This document shows positions 1 through 9,768 of a stretch of DNA of 57,756 bases, piece after piece. A program made the translations under genes and the position numbers. Source of the DNA: a virus (taxonomy: Duplodnaviria > Caudoviricetes). How positions within the stretch are numbered: the stretch's first letter is position 1; each line of letters opens with the position of its first letter. Under the pieces are notes generated by a model. The model was given only the letters and a program-made list of their open reading frames with translations. It did no database searches and had not been told where the DNA came from. The stretch is taken from the IMG/VR virus record IMGVR_UViG_3300037518_000144, positions 1-57,756 of that record. The stretch is one strand, 5' to 3'.

Positions 1-324
1 TACACCTTGAGCCTGTGCATAGGCGGTCTTGCTCTGCTCAACTTTCTGGGCGCGCATGAACTCGTTTTGTTTCTGCTGACCAGCCTGTACCTGCATGGCG
101 CGCTCAGGATCGGCTTGATACATTGCAGCCAGCGCATTCGTGCCGCCCTGCAAGTACGTGCCCAACTGATTGCGAAACTCAGTATCACGGCTCATCTGCT
201 GCTGGCCTTGTTCTAACTGCATGGCGCGCAGTTGATTGCCCTGCTGGTTCGATTGGATCTGCTGAGCACCCTGATAGCCTGCCAGCATGTTTGCGCCGAC
301 TTGTACCGGTCTTATTTCAGCCAT
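1..324 (-). CDS. N-terminal part of a DNA ejection/internal virion protein (runs off the left edge)
   Basis: ATG at 324 overlaps the TAA of the upstream gene (TAATG). The frame is open to base 1 and reads MAEIRPVQVGANMLAGYQGAQQIQSNQQGNQLRAMQ..., Q/A-rich. Missing from the ORF track. Confidence 0.7.
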   Translation of the reverse strand, partial: MAEIRPVQVGANMLAGYQGAQQIQSNQQGNQLRAMQLEQGQQQMSRDTEFRNQLGTYLQGGTNALAAMYQADPERAMQVQAGQQKQNEFMRAQKVEQSKTAYAQAQGV

Positions 325-1301
325 TACCGACCACCATGAGGAACGGACCCAATTTGCGTCTGTCCTCGCTGTGAATCAAAGTATCCGCCTCTCCACATCC
401 CGTATAGCGATGCCAGATCATTGATCCCGCCGGTGACTGCATTTGTTTGGCCGATGATTCCTGACGCCCTGGCGTTACCCTGCCCGATCAGCAAATTTCC
501 AACGTTCGCACCCGTCGTCATTGCGGCATTACCAGCCTGCGTCGTCGCGGTCTGTCCCATGCCGGCAAGCGTCAGCTGTCGATTGACGAAGTTGCCAAAT
601 TCACCCGCGGCAACACCTGACCCATAGTCGTTGATCGCGCGCAGTGCGTTACCGGAATACAGCCCGCCCTGTGCGGCGGCACTGCCTTGCACTGCATTCA
701 GTCCTTCGCCGAGGCGGAATCGGTAATCAGGGGATTCGTAGAAGGATGAGTAATCAGGGACAGCACGAGTGGTGCCGTCTTCTCCAACTTCGTATGTTCC
801 GGCAGAACTTGGACGGGCTCTCATCTGACCGTCCTCCCATTCCTTCCAAAGCGCATTCACATCAACGCCAGAGTCATTCAGGAACCGTCCCGCACGCCCT
901 CCCGGTCTAAGCGTTCCTATGCGCTGGTCGCCGAAGTAGACGTTGTACCAACCCTTTTCGATGTGCTCGACACGAGTACCAGGCGGCATCTCGGTATCGC
1001 CGATCATCACGGGTTGCGCAGAGCGAAGCTCATTCACGCCGCCCGTGACATCGTATTCCTCATTGGAAAATCCTGGTGCGGGTAGGTAGCCATATATCCC
1101 GCCCAAGGTATTCAGTGCCTGATTACCAATCTGGCGCTGATTCGATGTCAGATTGAGCATCGTATCGAACTGGCGGCGCTGCTCGTCTATGGCTGCACCG
1201 CTTGCGCGACCTTGCGCATCAGACGCTGCCCCAGCGCGGTTTGCGCTGTACGCGCCGCCAACGAGCGCTGCACCTCCAACAATGACGGCAGCCCATGACA
1301 T
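324..1301 (-). CDS. DNA ejection/pilot protein (P22 gp7-like)
   Basis: Hydrophobic Gly/Ala N-terminus (MSWAAVIVGGAALVGG), PDYRFRLGEG..AAAQGGLYSG motif, position downstream of the tail hub. Confidence 0.75.
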   Translation of the reverse strand: MSWAAVIVGGAALVGGAYSANRAGAASDAQGRASGAAIDEQRRQFDTMLNLTSNQRQIGNQALNTLGGIYGYLPAPGFSNEEYDVTGGVNELRSAQPVMIGDTEMPPGTRVEHIEKGWYNVYFGDQRIGTLRPGGRAGRFLNDSGVDVNALWKEWEDGQMRARPSSAGTYEVGEDGTTRAVPDYSSFYESPDYRFRLGEGLNAVQGSAAAQGGLYSGNALRAINDYGSGVAAGEFGNFVNRQLTLAGMGQTATTQAGNAAMTTGANVGNLLIGQGNARASGIIGQTNAVTGGINDLASLYGMWRGGYFDSQRGQTQIGSVPHGGR

Positions 1302-1772
1302 CTACATAACCTCCATCTGCTTTACTTCATCAGCAGCAATGCGCTCGAATTCATCGAAGCTATTACAAATCACCTGATCCTCGATCTTCTCCACGTCAGT
1401 CTCGGTCGTTGCATGCACAGTGATCCAGATAGTCTCTTCATGAGCGTATCCCGCACGCTTTATTCCAGGCGCAGAGGTAATCACGGCCGGCGCCTTCAGC
1501 CTTTGGATGCCGTGCTCCGTCAACACGCTGATATCGCCCTTAACCAGAAAATTCAGGTGCGCGTGTCGATGTGTTTTTCCAACGATGACAGCATCCTTCG
1601 GAATGCAAAGCTCACGCGCGTAGATGCCGGCGGAGAAGTGATGTGTAAGCTTTTCTGGAAGCTGCGGATACTTTCGAAGCATTTCTTCTAGGCGCACAAC
1701 CTTCTCGCGCATAGTTGCGCCATCGACAATGTCAAAAGAGAACGGTACTAGCTCGGCTCTATCATCAGCCAT
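1302..1772 (-). CDS. Phage cupin-fold protein
   Basis: HHFSAGIYARELCIPK..GKTHRHAH cupin-like His motif. Confidence 0.65.
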   Translation of the reverse strand: MADDRAELVPFSFDIVDGATMREKVVRLEEMLRKYPQLPEKLTHHFSAGIYARELCIPKDAVIVGKTHRHAHLNFLVKGDISVLTEHGIQRLKAPAVITSAPGIKRAGYAHEETIWITVHATTETDVEKIEDQVICNSFDEFERIAADEVKQMEVM

Positions 1773-2071
1773 GAGACTTGCCTCGTGTCCGCTGCATTTG
1801 TACTTGTGATGGTGAAACTTGTTCCTGCCGTCCGAGCGCTCACAGTCAACTCACCATGAGTCCCGCTAGAGTCCTGCCCGGAGAGAAATATCCGGCTATT
1901 CGTCTGCACCTTCGTGTTTGCTACCGTCACGGTTCCGGCGACAAGCGTGGCTACGCCCATGTAGCGATTCGTGCCGTCCTCGATCTTCAGGAACTCGAAA
2001 ACGGCATTGCGCAGAAAGCGCGTCCAGTCGCGGATGTCCGTCGGGACCGCAACGAAAACTCGGAAGCCCAT
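1748..2071 (-). CDS. Putative tail/needle-associated virion protein
   Basis: Thr-rich beta-type sequence, translationally coupled to the gp10-like gene. Confidence 0.5.
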   Translation of the reverse strand: MGFRVFVAVPTDIRDWTRFLRNAVFEFLKIEDGTNRYMGVATLVAGTVTVANTKVQTNSRIFLSGQDSSGTHGELTVSARTAGTSFTITSTNAADTRQVSWLMIEPS

Positions 2072-3483
2072 TACGCTGCGCGCCTCGTGAACGGTCGAGC
2101 CCCGCGCGCCTCAAGCTGCGTATCGATCAACGTCACCTTGATCGGATCAGAGATGGCGCCGCGGTAAACCCGATCGAAAGATGATCCCAACTGCGGCCAG
2201 ATAACACGTTGCTGGTGCTCGCCTATCTTGCCTACCTTTCTATTTGGAAGCGCCTGCCACGTTCTACCGCCGTCATCCGACACGTCCATCATCATCTCAG
2301 GATCTGATCCCTGGCCAGTCGTGAGACCTACGCCGGTCTCCATGATGACTTCCAACCTATCGTGGAAAGCTCGATTGCCTTCCGCGTACACCGGCTGATA
2401 CGTCCACTCCATGCGCTGCGTCGTTCCCCAATCGTCATAAGTCGTCGGCGATAGGTAGCCAATGCGATTGCTCGACACATCACCGACCAGTTCGAGTCCG
2501 GCGAACTGCGCGTGACTCCATGCGAGCCAGTAGGCATAGCCGTAGGTCTCGCGCTCGTGCCATTCCTTCGTCGAGGCGTCATAGACGAAGGTGCCCTCAG
2601 GGAAGGTCAGCACATAGAACAAGTGCCCTTCCTGTGAGTACGAGAACGCCTGCCCTGACCCGATCGTGACGGAGCCAAGCGCTTGCTCTATGCCTGTTTG
2701 GCTGATACGAACCGGCGTGATGCCATCCAAGCGCCTGACGGTGTAATCCTGAGCAAGCCAGAATACGGTGTTGTCCTGCTTTGCTGCCGTCTGGCCGTTG
2801 AAGCAACCCTGCTCAACGAATCCATTCGAGGCGCGTGCAAAAGGAAATCCAGCCCCCCCGACGAGTTCCCATATCTCGACGGTCTCTTCTCCCATCAATA
2901 GTACTTGCCGGTGATCGACGATCAGCCCAACAAGATCGTCAGGAGAAGCCTCCGCCGTGGCGAAATTCAGCGAGTTGAAAGAGGTTGCCGATCCGACATC
3001 AGCGCAGAAGAAGCGTCCAGAGTCAGGCTCGACAAACAGCAAGTAGTTGTCGAGGAAATCCGCATCCAATGCGCCGCGAGACGTGAAATCCGCATCCGTG
3101 ATCTGTCCAAACGTAGACGTACTTGTGTCGTAGTAGTACGCGTTCGGCTGATTCACCACGACAATGGTCGTGATGTTGTTGATGATCTTGACGCGATTTG
3201 CTACGCCAACCGTTCCTATCTCTGTGACGGTCTTGTTCGAATCGACTCGATAAAGTTTCGTGCCTGAAACCACCCATAAATAGCCCAGCGCTTTCTTCAG
3301 CGCTACGATTGGGCCGGTACCCACTGTCACCCATTCCCCAATGCCAGGACAGCGAACCAAGGCATACGGTCGCTTCGCCCCTTTCGGAAGCAAGTCAGCA
3401 AAGCAATTAACAAGGCGCGATGGACTGGCTGGACGTGATCTGAGGCGATAGCTGTGGAAAGGCAAATCTAAAGAAGCCATCAC
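2071..3483 (-). CDS. Packaged DNA stabilization / tail hub protein (P22 gp10-like)
   Basis: 470 aa, beta-propeller-like, with FATAEASPDDL and SDDGGRTW..GKIGE motifs. Synteny. Confidence 0.85.
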   Translation of the reverse strand: MMASLDLPFHSYRLRSRPASPSRLVNCFADLLPKGAKRPYALVRCPGIGEWVTVGTGPIVALKKALGYLWVVSGTKLYRVDSNKTVTEIGTVGVANRVKIINNITTIVVVNQPNAYYYDTSTSTFGQITDADFTSRGALDADFLDNYLLFVEPDSGRFFCADVGSATSFNSLNFATAEASPDDLVGLIVDHRQVLLMGEETVEIWELVGGAGFPFARASNGFVEQGCFNGQTAAKQDNTVFWLAQDYTVRRLDGITPVRISQTGIEQALGSVTIGSGQAFSYSQEGHLFYVLTFPEGTFVYDASTKEWHERETYGYAYWLAWSHAQFAGLELVGDVSSNRIGYLSPTTYDDWGTTQRMEWTYQPVYAEGNRAFHDRLEVIMETGVGLTTGQGSDPEMMMDVSDDGGRTWQALPNRKVGKIGEHQQRVIWPQLGSSFDRVYRGAISDPIKVTLIDTQLEARGARPFTRRAA

Positions 3484-3896
3484 TAGCCCGTATTTATATT
3501 GAACGGTGCGGCGCGATCAGCAGATCTCTGGAGGTCCATATCCATAATGACTTCCTTCGCCGTTAGCTTGTCGATCGTCGCCAGTCCCATCATGGCAAGT
3601 GCGGCGATTTCAATCGGAACCGTGGCGCCGAAACTAGGCGCCATGTGAATGGCAAGGTTGTTCACGATGCCAAGGATTGCAGCATCGGGAACGGTAAGAA
3701 CATCGGTCACAGTACCGACCGGGATATACCCGATGTTTCGCCCCTCGCCTTCCCAGAGCGCCATCATCTGATTGAGCCTGCGGATTCCCTGGGCTTGTTG
3801 TGCCGCACTTGGAGTCTCACCATCACGGATGACGTTGATGCTCAAAAGCGCGTCAGCAATAACCTGAGACGCGGCTTGGGCGGTGGGCGTGGCCAC
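3483..3896 (-). CDS. Head-to-tail adaptor (P22 gp4-like)
   Basis: GIRRLNQMMALWE..NLAIHMAPSFG motif. Lies directly upstream of the gp10-like gene. Confidence 0.8.
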   Translation of the reverse strand: MATPTAQAASQVIADALLSINVIRDGETPSAAQQAQGIRRLNQMMALWEGEGRNIGYIPVGTVTDVLTVPDAAILGIVNNLAIHMAPSFGATVPIEIAALAMMGLATIDKLTAKEVIMDMDLQRSADRAAPFNINTG

Positions 3897-4469
3897 CTAT
3901 GCAGCCCTCGCCTGATCATCGTCCCATTTATTACTCTTGGTCAGATTCTCAAGTCTGCGGATTACGCGCAGATTACCCAAGACATGCAACCCGCTAACGG
4001 TGCGACCATGAAGTGGAATTATGTGATCAACATTCCATGACTCTCCGGTTTTCCGTGTCATCGCAGATGCAAGCTCATACAGCTTGGCAATAGCCCTCAA
4101 ATCGGCCCACTTCGGTGTTCTTTTCCCCTTCGATAGATATCGGACGCGAGCCTCGGCGGTAGCCTTGCCTGGATTTCGTTTTTGCCATTTCTTGCGATCC
4201 TTGCGTGCCTGCTCGCGAACCCTGTCGGTGTTTGCTTTTTTCCACGCTACCTTCGCCTCCGCATCCTTATCGGGGTTAGCTTTCGACCACGCTCTGCAAC
4301 TCTCGTTATGCTTCTGCAGGCTCTTCCTTTGCCACATTGCGATGCAACTAGCACACCCCCTTGTGGATACATATCTGTCCGAGATATGCCCGTTTTTGCA
4401 TGGCTTGCCAGTGAAGTACATGGCCTCCCAAGCCAGAACTGCGGCCTTTCGTGTTACTACATTTTTCAC
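3897..4469 (-). CDS. HNH homing endonuclease
   Basis: YFTGKPCKNGH N-terminal motif and C-terminal VDHIIPL..GLHVLGNL..N. Confidence 0.85.
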   Translation of the reverse strand: MKNVVTRKAAVLAWEAMYFTGKPCKNGHISDRYVSTRGCASCIAMWQRKSLQKHNESCRAWSKANPDKDAEAKVAWKKANTDRVREQARKDRKKWQKRNPGKATAEARVRYLSKGKRTPKWADLRAIAKLYELASAMTRKTGESWNVDHIIPLHGRTVSGLHVLGNLRVIRRLENLTKSNKWDDDQARAA

Positions 4470-4472
4470 TGT

Positions 4473-5225
4473 TCAAGCCACTCTGGCTGGATCGTCAGAC
4501 CCACCCGGCTGACGCAAAAGAAATTTATGGAAATTTCCTTCAAACTTTCTATCAGCCAACCAATGGTCTAGCTGTAGATCCGGAACAACCCATATGGGAC
4601 CGCACTTTTCCGTCCATCTACGCGAGAACGAAAAGTCTTCTCCGTACCACAGACGCTCGTGCGCGCCGTGGTTAAACAAGTCGATTGATGGATTGTAATG
4701 CGGCCCATAAATCAGCTCAGGATAGGCCCGCATGAACTTCTCGATGCCTTCTTTAGTGATCTTCAGAAATCCCGCTGGCATCCATCGAGCAGATATACAA
4801 CCATCCTGCCTGACAATCGGATGGCCGGCATCATCTGTCAGAATAGTGCCCATGTACGTCTCTTCGTCCTTCTTGAAGCGATACGTGCCGGCTACTACAT
4901 CCCCCTTTGTTCGTATGAGGTGCAACAGATCTGGCGGATTCCAACTCACATCATGGTCGATGTAGACAACGATATCGGCCTTCGCATCCATTGCCTTGCG
5001 CGTCATCGTGGCGCGGTTGTGTGAGATGTACGGCGCGCCCACCGTGAATACCGCGCCATGGTCAAACCCAGCCTCATCAAGTAACTGGATAGAGTCTTCC
5101 AGGGACTTCAGGTAGGCCGGATGAGGTTTGGTGATTGTTGGCGTACAGATGATGACCTTTTGCCGTCCAGATGCCTCAATTGGCAATGCTCCATCCTCAT
5201 CGGCAACGAGTGTCGTATCGGTCAT
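4473..5225 (-). CDS. Glycosyltransferase (GT-A / family 2-like)
   Basis: ICTPT strand, DxD motif (YIDHD), GEDFSF motif. Confidence 0.8.
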   Translation of the reverse strand: MTDTTLVADEDGALPIEASGRQKVIICTPTITKPHPAYLKSLEDSIQLLDEAGFDHGAVFTVGAPYISHNRATMTRKAMDAKADIVVYIDHDVSWNPPDLLHLIRTKGDVVAGTYRFKKDEETYMGTILTDDAGHPIVRQDGCISARWMPAGFLKITKEGIEKFMRAYPELIYGPHYNPSIDLFNHGAHERLWYGEDFSFSRRWTEKCGPIWVVPDLQLDHWLADRKFEGNFHKFLLRQPGGSDDPARVA

Positions 5226-5746
5226 TTAACGCCTACCCCTAAAAGGTTGTAGTCACCGAGTCTCTGTGTCTTCACCTTCGCAAAGCCCGCCGCCTCCAGG
5301 GCAACCTTAAGTGTTTCCGAAATGAACCCAGTTCGATGAAGCATGTGCGGATTGTCCATCCCGTCGTGGCCATAAAACATATGCAGACCAGTGATCGGCC
5401 CAACGGCTGCTTCGTACAGCACTTCATTTGTCGGGCGCACGCCTTCCAAGTCTGGAACAACAATCATTGCATAACCGCCTGACGCCAGAACGCGCACAAA
5501 CTCACGTAGTGCTGAAATGCCATCAGCTGGTTTGAGATGTTCGAGCGAATGACTGCACCAAATGGCGTCGAATGGTCCGATAGCTCCAATATCGGACATG
5601 CTCGCAACAACATCAGGGGCAGTGCTTGGATCGATATCAAGCCGTGTCTCGGTGCATCCATGCAGAAACTCGGGAAGCGGTGTTTTTCCACAACCCGCAT
5701 GCAGCACACGGCGCGGCCCAGTGTATTGGACATATTGAGCGCTCAA
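5222..5746 (-). CDS. Class I SAM-dependent methyltransferase
   Basis: VLHAGCG motif I, LDID, FDAIWCSHSLEH, RVLASGG. Confidence 0.85.
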   Translation of the reverse strand: MSAQYVQYTGPRRVLHAGCGKTPLPEFLHGCTETRLDIDPSTAPDVVASMSDIGAIGPFDAIWCSHSLEHLKPADGISALREFVRVLASGGYAMIVVPDLEGVRPTNEVLYEAAVGPITGLHMFYGHDGMDNPHMLHRTGFISETLKVALEAAGFAKVKTQRLGDYNLLGVGVK

Positions 5747-6354
5747 GCACGCACCTCCGACAATATACGAGCGCCTTTCCGTAGATTTTCTGTAATCGTG
5801 ACAACGCGAAGGTTGTCTTGGTGATGCAGTCCGCCGCGACTAAGTGGCACGATGTGATCGACGTGATGCCTTATGCCGGTTTCTCGTGTCAATCTCGCGG
5901 ACTCCTCATAAAGCGCCGCGATGGCGTCAAAATTTGCGTCTGGCGGCGTTTGGCCACGAATCCGTAGAGTTCTCATGCGAGTGTGCGCATAAGAACGAAC
6001 CGGATTCTTTTTGTGCCACATCCGAGTGATGTCTAGATTCTTTTCGCGATTCTCATGCTTCCATCGCATGGAGGCAGCGAACATTTTTTGTTTGTTTTTT
6101 TCGTAGTGCTTGCGTTGCGAGGCGCGAATTTTATCTCCGTTCTTCTCTCCCCACTCACGCAAACGACGATTGCTGCGATCCCTGAACTCAGGATCTGTCC
6201 GATATCGCTCACGTTCCTTGGCGGCATTACAGGCCCTGCAAGACTGGCCTGCTCTGCCTCGTTTTGATGGAGAAAACAACTCAACTGGCCTTTCGGCGGA
6301 ACATCCCTTGCAGAATTGAGCTGCTTTCATCGCCCTTATGCCCCGCCTTTCCAA
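5743..6354 (-). CDS. HNH homing endonuclease
   Basis: CxxC..CxxC N-terminus and HVDHIVPLSRGGLHHQDNL..N. Real start probably near 6330. Confidence 0.85.
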   Translation of the reverse strand: MERRGIRAMKAAQFCKGCSAERPVELFSPSKRGRAGQSCRACNAAKERERYRTDPEFRDRSNRRLREWGEKNGDKIRASQRKHYEKNKQKMFAASMRWKHENREKNLDITRMWHKKNPVRSYAHTRMRTLRIRGQTPPDANFDAIAALYEESARLTRETGIRHHVDHIVPLSRGGLHHQDNLRVVTITENLRKGARILSEVRA

Positions 6355-6581
6355 AGGCCAATGGCTGCTAATGTGTTCATGATCTCAATCATCGCTGCCT
6401 TCATGTCAGACGTAACGTCAGTGGATGATGCCGTACCAACAAGCGATGTCGCCTGTGCGGCCCCGGCTCGCTGAGTGATGGGCGTCGTACCGTAGAAGCC
6501 CGCTGTTCCGTTGGTACGATGCTCCAGGACATCGATCTTTTTGTGCGACGTCGAAACGCCGAACGTTTCCTCGGTAGGCAT
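6336..6581 (-). CDS. Small virion (head decoration/fibre) protein, paralog 2
   Basis: Downstream of coat. Highly similar to 6581-6808. Confidence 0.6.
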   Translation of the reverse strand: MPTEETFGVSTSHKKIDVLEHRTNGTAGFYGTTPITQRAGAAQATSLVGTASSTDVTSDMKAAMIEIMNTLAAIGLWKGGA

Positions 6582-6808
6582 TAGGCACCCCCATTCCAGA
6601 GGCCAAGCGCCTCCAGTGTATCCATAATCTCAATCACCGCGGCTTTGAGATCACTTGTCACATCGGCTGACGATGCTGTGCCGACTAGTGACGTTGCCTG
6701 AGCTGCGCCTGCGCGCTGCGCGATCGGTGCGATACCGTAAAACCCGGCCTTGGTGTCCGGCAACTGCACGCCGTCTGGATTGCCGTCCCCAAGTTGATTA
6801 ATAGCCAT
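6581..6808 (-). CDS. Small virion (head decoration/fibre) protein, paralog 1
   Basis: QLGDGNPDG..GFYG..P motif. Good RBS (GAGGAG). Confidence 0.6.
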   Translation of the reverse strand: MAINQLGDGNPDGVQLPDTKAGFYGIAPIAQRAGAAQATSLVGTASSADVTSDLKAAVIEIMDTLEALGLWNGGA

Positions 6809-6829
6809 ATCAAGAATCTCCTCTAAGTT

Positions 6830-7489
6830 TCATTCAACATGCTTCCAACTGCGTCTCTTGCGAATGTCGCAGATGGTTTGCGCCGTAACGCCGTGTTTGA
6901 CGGCGAGTCTGCCGTACGTCTCTGTGCTTGCTCGAATCTCGCGAACGATTTCCGGTGTGATGTTGTCGCTGACGCCGCGCCTCGGACTCACCCGAACGGA
7001 TTTCTTTCGCTCTCCGTTCAGATGCGTCCATGACACGCCATTCTTGATGCTGCCAACAGTAGAGGCAGCAATGCCGTACTCCTCGCCGATGGCAGCATAA
7101 GGTCGCGTGTCCGCCAAAATGGCCGTGGCTTGCTCTTCCGTGAGAATGGCGTGACCTGCCCGCTCTCCAAAAGCCGGCTTCTGCCGGCCGCGAACAATCA
7201 TGTCCTGCGTATTGTCGATCGGCCTGCCTAACGACAGATGATCGATGCGCACGCATGCAGGGTTGTCGCACGAATGCCTTACGTGACTTCCAGGAGGAAT
7301 CAGAATCATGTTTTGCAGCATCCACGCTGCTCTCGGGGCGCGGGTATGACGCTTTCCAAAGAGCCTGCAATTGAAGATTCCATACCCATCCTTGTCTTTC
7401 TTCCCGGTCCACTTCCAGCATCCATCCGACCTTCCCACATTTGCCAGAAATCTCCGCATTGTCTTCTCGATTCTCACAATATTCTCCAC
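6830..7489 (-). CDS. HNH homing endonuclease with C-terminal HTH repeats
   Basis: GCWKWTG..GYG, HSCDNPACVRIDHL..N, plus two HTH-like repeats ending in SWxH. Confidence 0.85.
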   Translation of the reverse strand: MENIVRIEKTMRRFLANVGRSDGCWKWTGKKDKDGYGIFNCRLFGKRHTRAPRAAWMLQNMILIPPGSHVRHSCDNPACVRIDHLSLGRPIDNTQDMIVRGRQKPAFGERAGHAILTEEQATAILADTRPYAAIGEEYGIAASTVGSIKNGVSWTHLNGERKKSVRVSPRRGVSDNITPEIVREIRASTETYGRLAVKHGVTAQTICDIRKRRSWKHVE

Positions 7490-7532
7490 GTACTTTTATG
7501 ACGACGTTAATCATCATATCGTACATGGAGAA
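7482..7532 (-). promoter_or_regulatory. Hairpin sequestering the HNH start codon
   Basis: On the minus strand TTCTCCATGTAC pairs with GTACGTGGAGAA (containing the GTG start at 7489), with an inner ATGATGA/TCGTCAT stem. Confidence 0.6.
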
Positions 7533-7565
7533 CGCTTGCTGCCTTTTGGCCTATTCTCCTATAAT

Positions 7566-8765
7566 TCAGCCGTCAGCGTGCAATCGGCTAGCGAGTTGTG
7601 CGCGCAAGGTAGCCGATCCAAACAGAACGTCTATCCTGCACGGGTGTTGGTCATTGTTGATGTCGTAGGCACGAATGATGCGCATGCTGATCCCGTCGTA
7701 GACCTCCCGAGCTGCGAACGACACTCCTTCAGGGAGGATGAGATCGGCCGTCCCGAAGCAGAACGCGTCCTTGTGATAGCCCATCGAACTAGTGAGCAAC
7801 TCACTTGCGCCAGCACCGATCTTGTTCACGGCACCGGTAGTGGTCGGACTTGCAGCTACATTCTGTGCACCCCCGCTGGTGATGATCGATGGAGAGATTG
7901 CCAGCGTCGTCGCATTTGCACCGGAGTCCGCCGTGATGACGAACTGCTGCAGTTGGCCGGTATCGATCTTCGTTTCAGGGTGTACGCGGTTGCATCCGGC
8001 AAGCGTGATCACGTCGCCCTTGAGGAACGTCGTGGTGCCCGTTCCAACCGTCAGTGACGCGCCGGTCTGGTTGGCGCCGTTGACGTTGTACAGCGTGTCA
8101 CCCTCGACAGCCGTGCCGGTCGTGTGATCCAACACATGTGTGGACTGGAAGAAGTCGAACATGGCCGACTTACCCATACGGCCTTCCTTGTACTGCATGG
8201 ACAGAACATCCTGCGGATTGAACAATCCCTTGATCTGATCCACCAGTCCGACCTGATGCGTGGTAGACAACAGCATGGTGCGCTGCTCGTCTTCTGGCGC
8301 CAGGTTATCGTCCAGCTTCTGCTTCGCCAGCAGCACGCTTCTCAGCGTCGGCGCAACGCCATTCTGGTTGACGAGGTTGTACACATCCTTGTACCTCGCA
8401 GCCCAGACGGTGGACTCCATGTAAGCGGCAATCGTCGCCATCGCCGGTGTGATGATGCGCTCTGAGAACTGATCCAGATCCAGCGTCAGTTCCTGCGACG
8501 TGAAATTGATATCAACACCCGCCTGGCTGCTGATCTGGAAGGTAACGTTGCGTTCGACGTTGTCCTGCACGCTGAGGGTGCGACCGGTGCGAATCGTGTA
8601 CTGATTGGGCAAACGGATGCGCAAGGTGTCGCCGATTTTCGCGCCTTCCTGTGCGAACTGGTTATCGTAGCCGCGGTTGATTGAACCGATGAATCTGAGT
8701 TTCTGGTGGAGGACTCGCAAAGCCTCCCTTGTGATCTGATCGACAGTGAGAGTTGTATTGGACAC
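7566..8765 (-). CDS. Major capsid protein (P22 coat family)
   Basis: 399 aa with KIGDTLRIRLP and RIDVLFG motifs. Follows the scaffold gene. Confidence 0.92.
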   Translation of the reverse strand: MSNTTLTVDQITREALRVLHQKLRFIGSINRGYDNQFAQEGAKIGDTLRIRLPNQYTIRTGRTLSVQDNVERNVTFQISSQAGVDINFTSQELTLDLDQFSERIITPAMATIAAYMESTVWAARYKDVYNLVNQNGVAPTLRSVLLAKQKLDDNLAPEDEQRTMLLSTTHQVGLVDQIKGLFNPQDVLSMQYKEGRMGKSAMFDFFQSTHVLDHTTGTAVEGDTLYNVNGANQTGASLTVGTGTTTFLKGDVITLAGCNRVHPETKIDTGQLQQFVITADSGANATTLAISPSIITSGGAQNVAASPTTTGAVNKIGAGASELLTSSMGYHKDAFCFGTADLILPEGVSFAAREVYDGISMRIIRAYDINNDQHPCRIDVLFGSATLRAQLASRLHADG

Positions 8766-8797
8766 GTGTAGCTCCTAAGAGCTGCGTGGCCCCGCAT

Positions 8798-9658
8798 CTA
8801 CCTAGATTGGCGTTTAGCCAGAATCTGTTTGGTTCGATGTTGCATCCAATCGTTGATGGACAGTTTGGACGGATCAACTTCTCCGCCCGCTCCACCACCG
8901 ATTGGCGTCGGCGGGGCCGGCGCAGCGGTGACTTTCGGGGGAGGAGCTGGACGCGATAGGTCGGCTGCGATGCGGCCGAGACTGGCTAAGCGCTGGGGAA
9001 CAGACTGACTAGCTAGCTTTGCCACCAATGCCGGTGACTTGCTGATGTGATACGCGAGCTGCGGGCCAATCTCGTCGGCCTTGAGGGCCTCAAGAAAGTC
9101 GCCGTTGAAGAAGTTCAGCGCCGGGTTTCTGATCGCGTCGAAGTAGTCCGGAGTTTTCTCCGCGAACTCCTGTTGACGCAAACCGAATCCGTCATTGAGC
9201 GCCCGCAGTCGGGTCTCTTCACTGGCTTTCGCAAGTCGCTTATCGGCCGCAGTGTCCGCGTCCTTCTTCGCCTGTTCGGCGATCTGCTGAATTCGCTTTT
9301 CGGTCTTGCGGTCATGCCAAGCCGTGTATGCCTTGGTGTAAACCTTGGGATCTTCGAACTCATCAGCGTCGGGCTCAGGATCTGGGGTCTCCTGAACAGG
9401 AGCAGCTACTGCCGGCTGTCGGTCTCGTTCCTCGAAGCGCTTGCGCCAATACTCGCCGTACTCTTCTGCGGCCTTTGATCGCGCGTGTAGCTCCTCGATA
9501 CGCTCCTGGGCCCGGTTGGGCCTCACGCCGTCTGGAGCGTCGGCGATTGCCGCTTGCGGTGCGGCACCCGAAGTCACCTGATCGACAGCTGGAGAAGCTG
9601 CCGCGGCTGGTGGAGCCGTACCCTCTTGCGCTTGGGGTGGTGCGAGTTCGTCGGACAT
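8798..9658 (-). CDS. Scaffolding protein
   Basis: Coiled-coil, P/A-rich, basic C-terminal tail. Directly upstream of coat. Confidence 0.8.
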   Translation of the reverse strand: MSDELAPPQAQEGTAPPAAAASPAVDQVTSGAAPQAAIADAPDGVRPNRAQERIEELHARSKAAEEYGEYWRKRFEERDRQPAVAAPVQETPDPEPDADEFEDPKVYTKAYTAWHDRKTEKRIQQIAEQAKKDADTAADKRLAKASEETRLRALNDGFGLRQQEFAEKTPDYFDAIRNPALNFFNGDFLEALKADEIGPQLAYHISKSPALVAKLASQSVPQRLASLGRIAADLSRPAPPPKVTAAPAPPTPIGGGAGGEVDPSKLSINDWMQHRTKQILAKRQSR

Positions 9659-9716
9659 AGATTACTCAAGTGATGCGCTAAACGCTAGCGCGGGCGGAAT
9701 TCAAATCACTAGAAAG

Positions 9717-9744
9717 CAAAAACCCCGCATGAGCGGGGTTTTGT
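9717..9744. terminator. Intrinsic terminator (possibly bidirectional)
   Basis: AAAACCCCGC-ATGA-GCGGGGTTTT. Confidence 0.7.
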
Positions 9745-9768
9745 TTGTTTGGAATCGGAAGCGGGCCG

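Noticed and set aside
7371-8057. Long plus-strand ORFs antisense to structural genes
   Set aside because: Shadow ORFs typical of GC-rich coding DNA, with no recognisable motifs.
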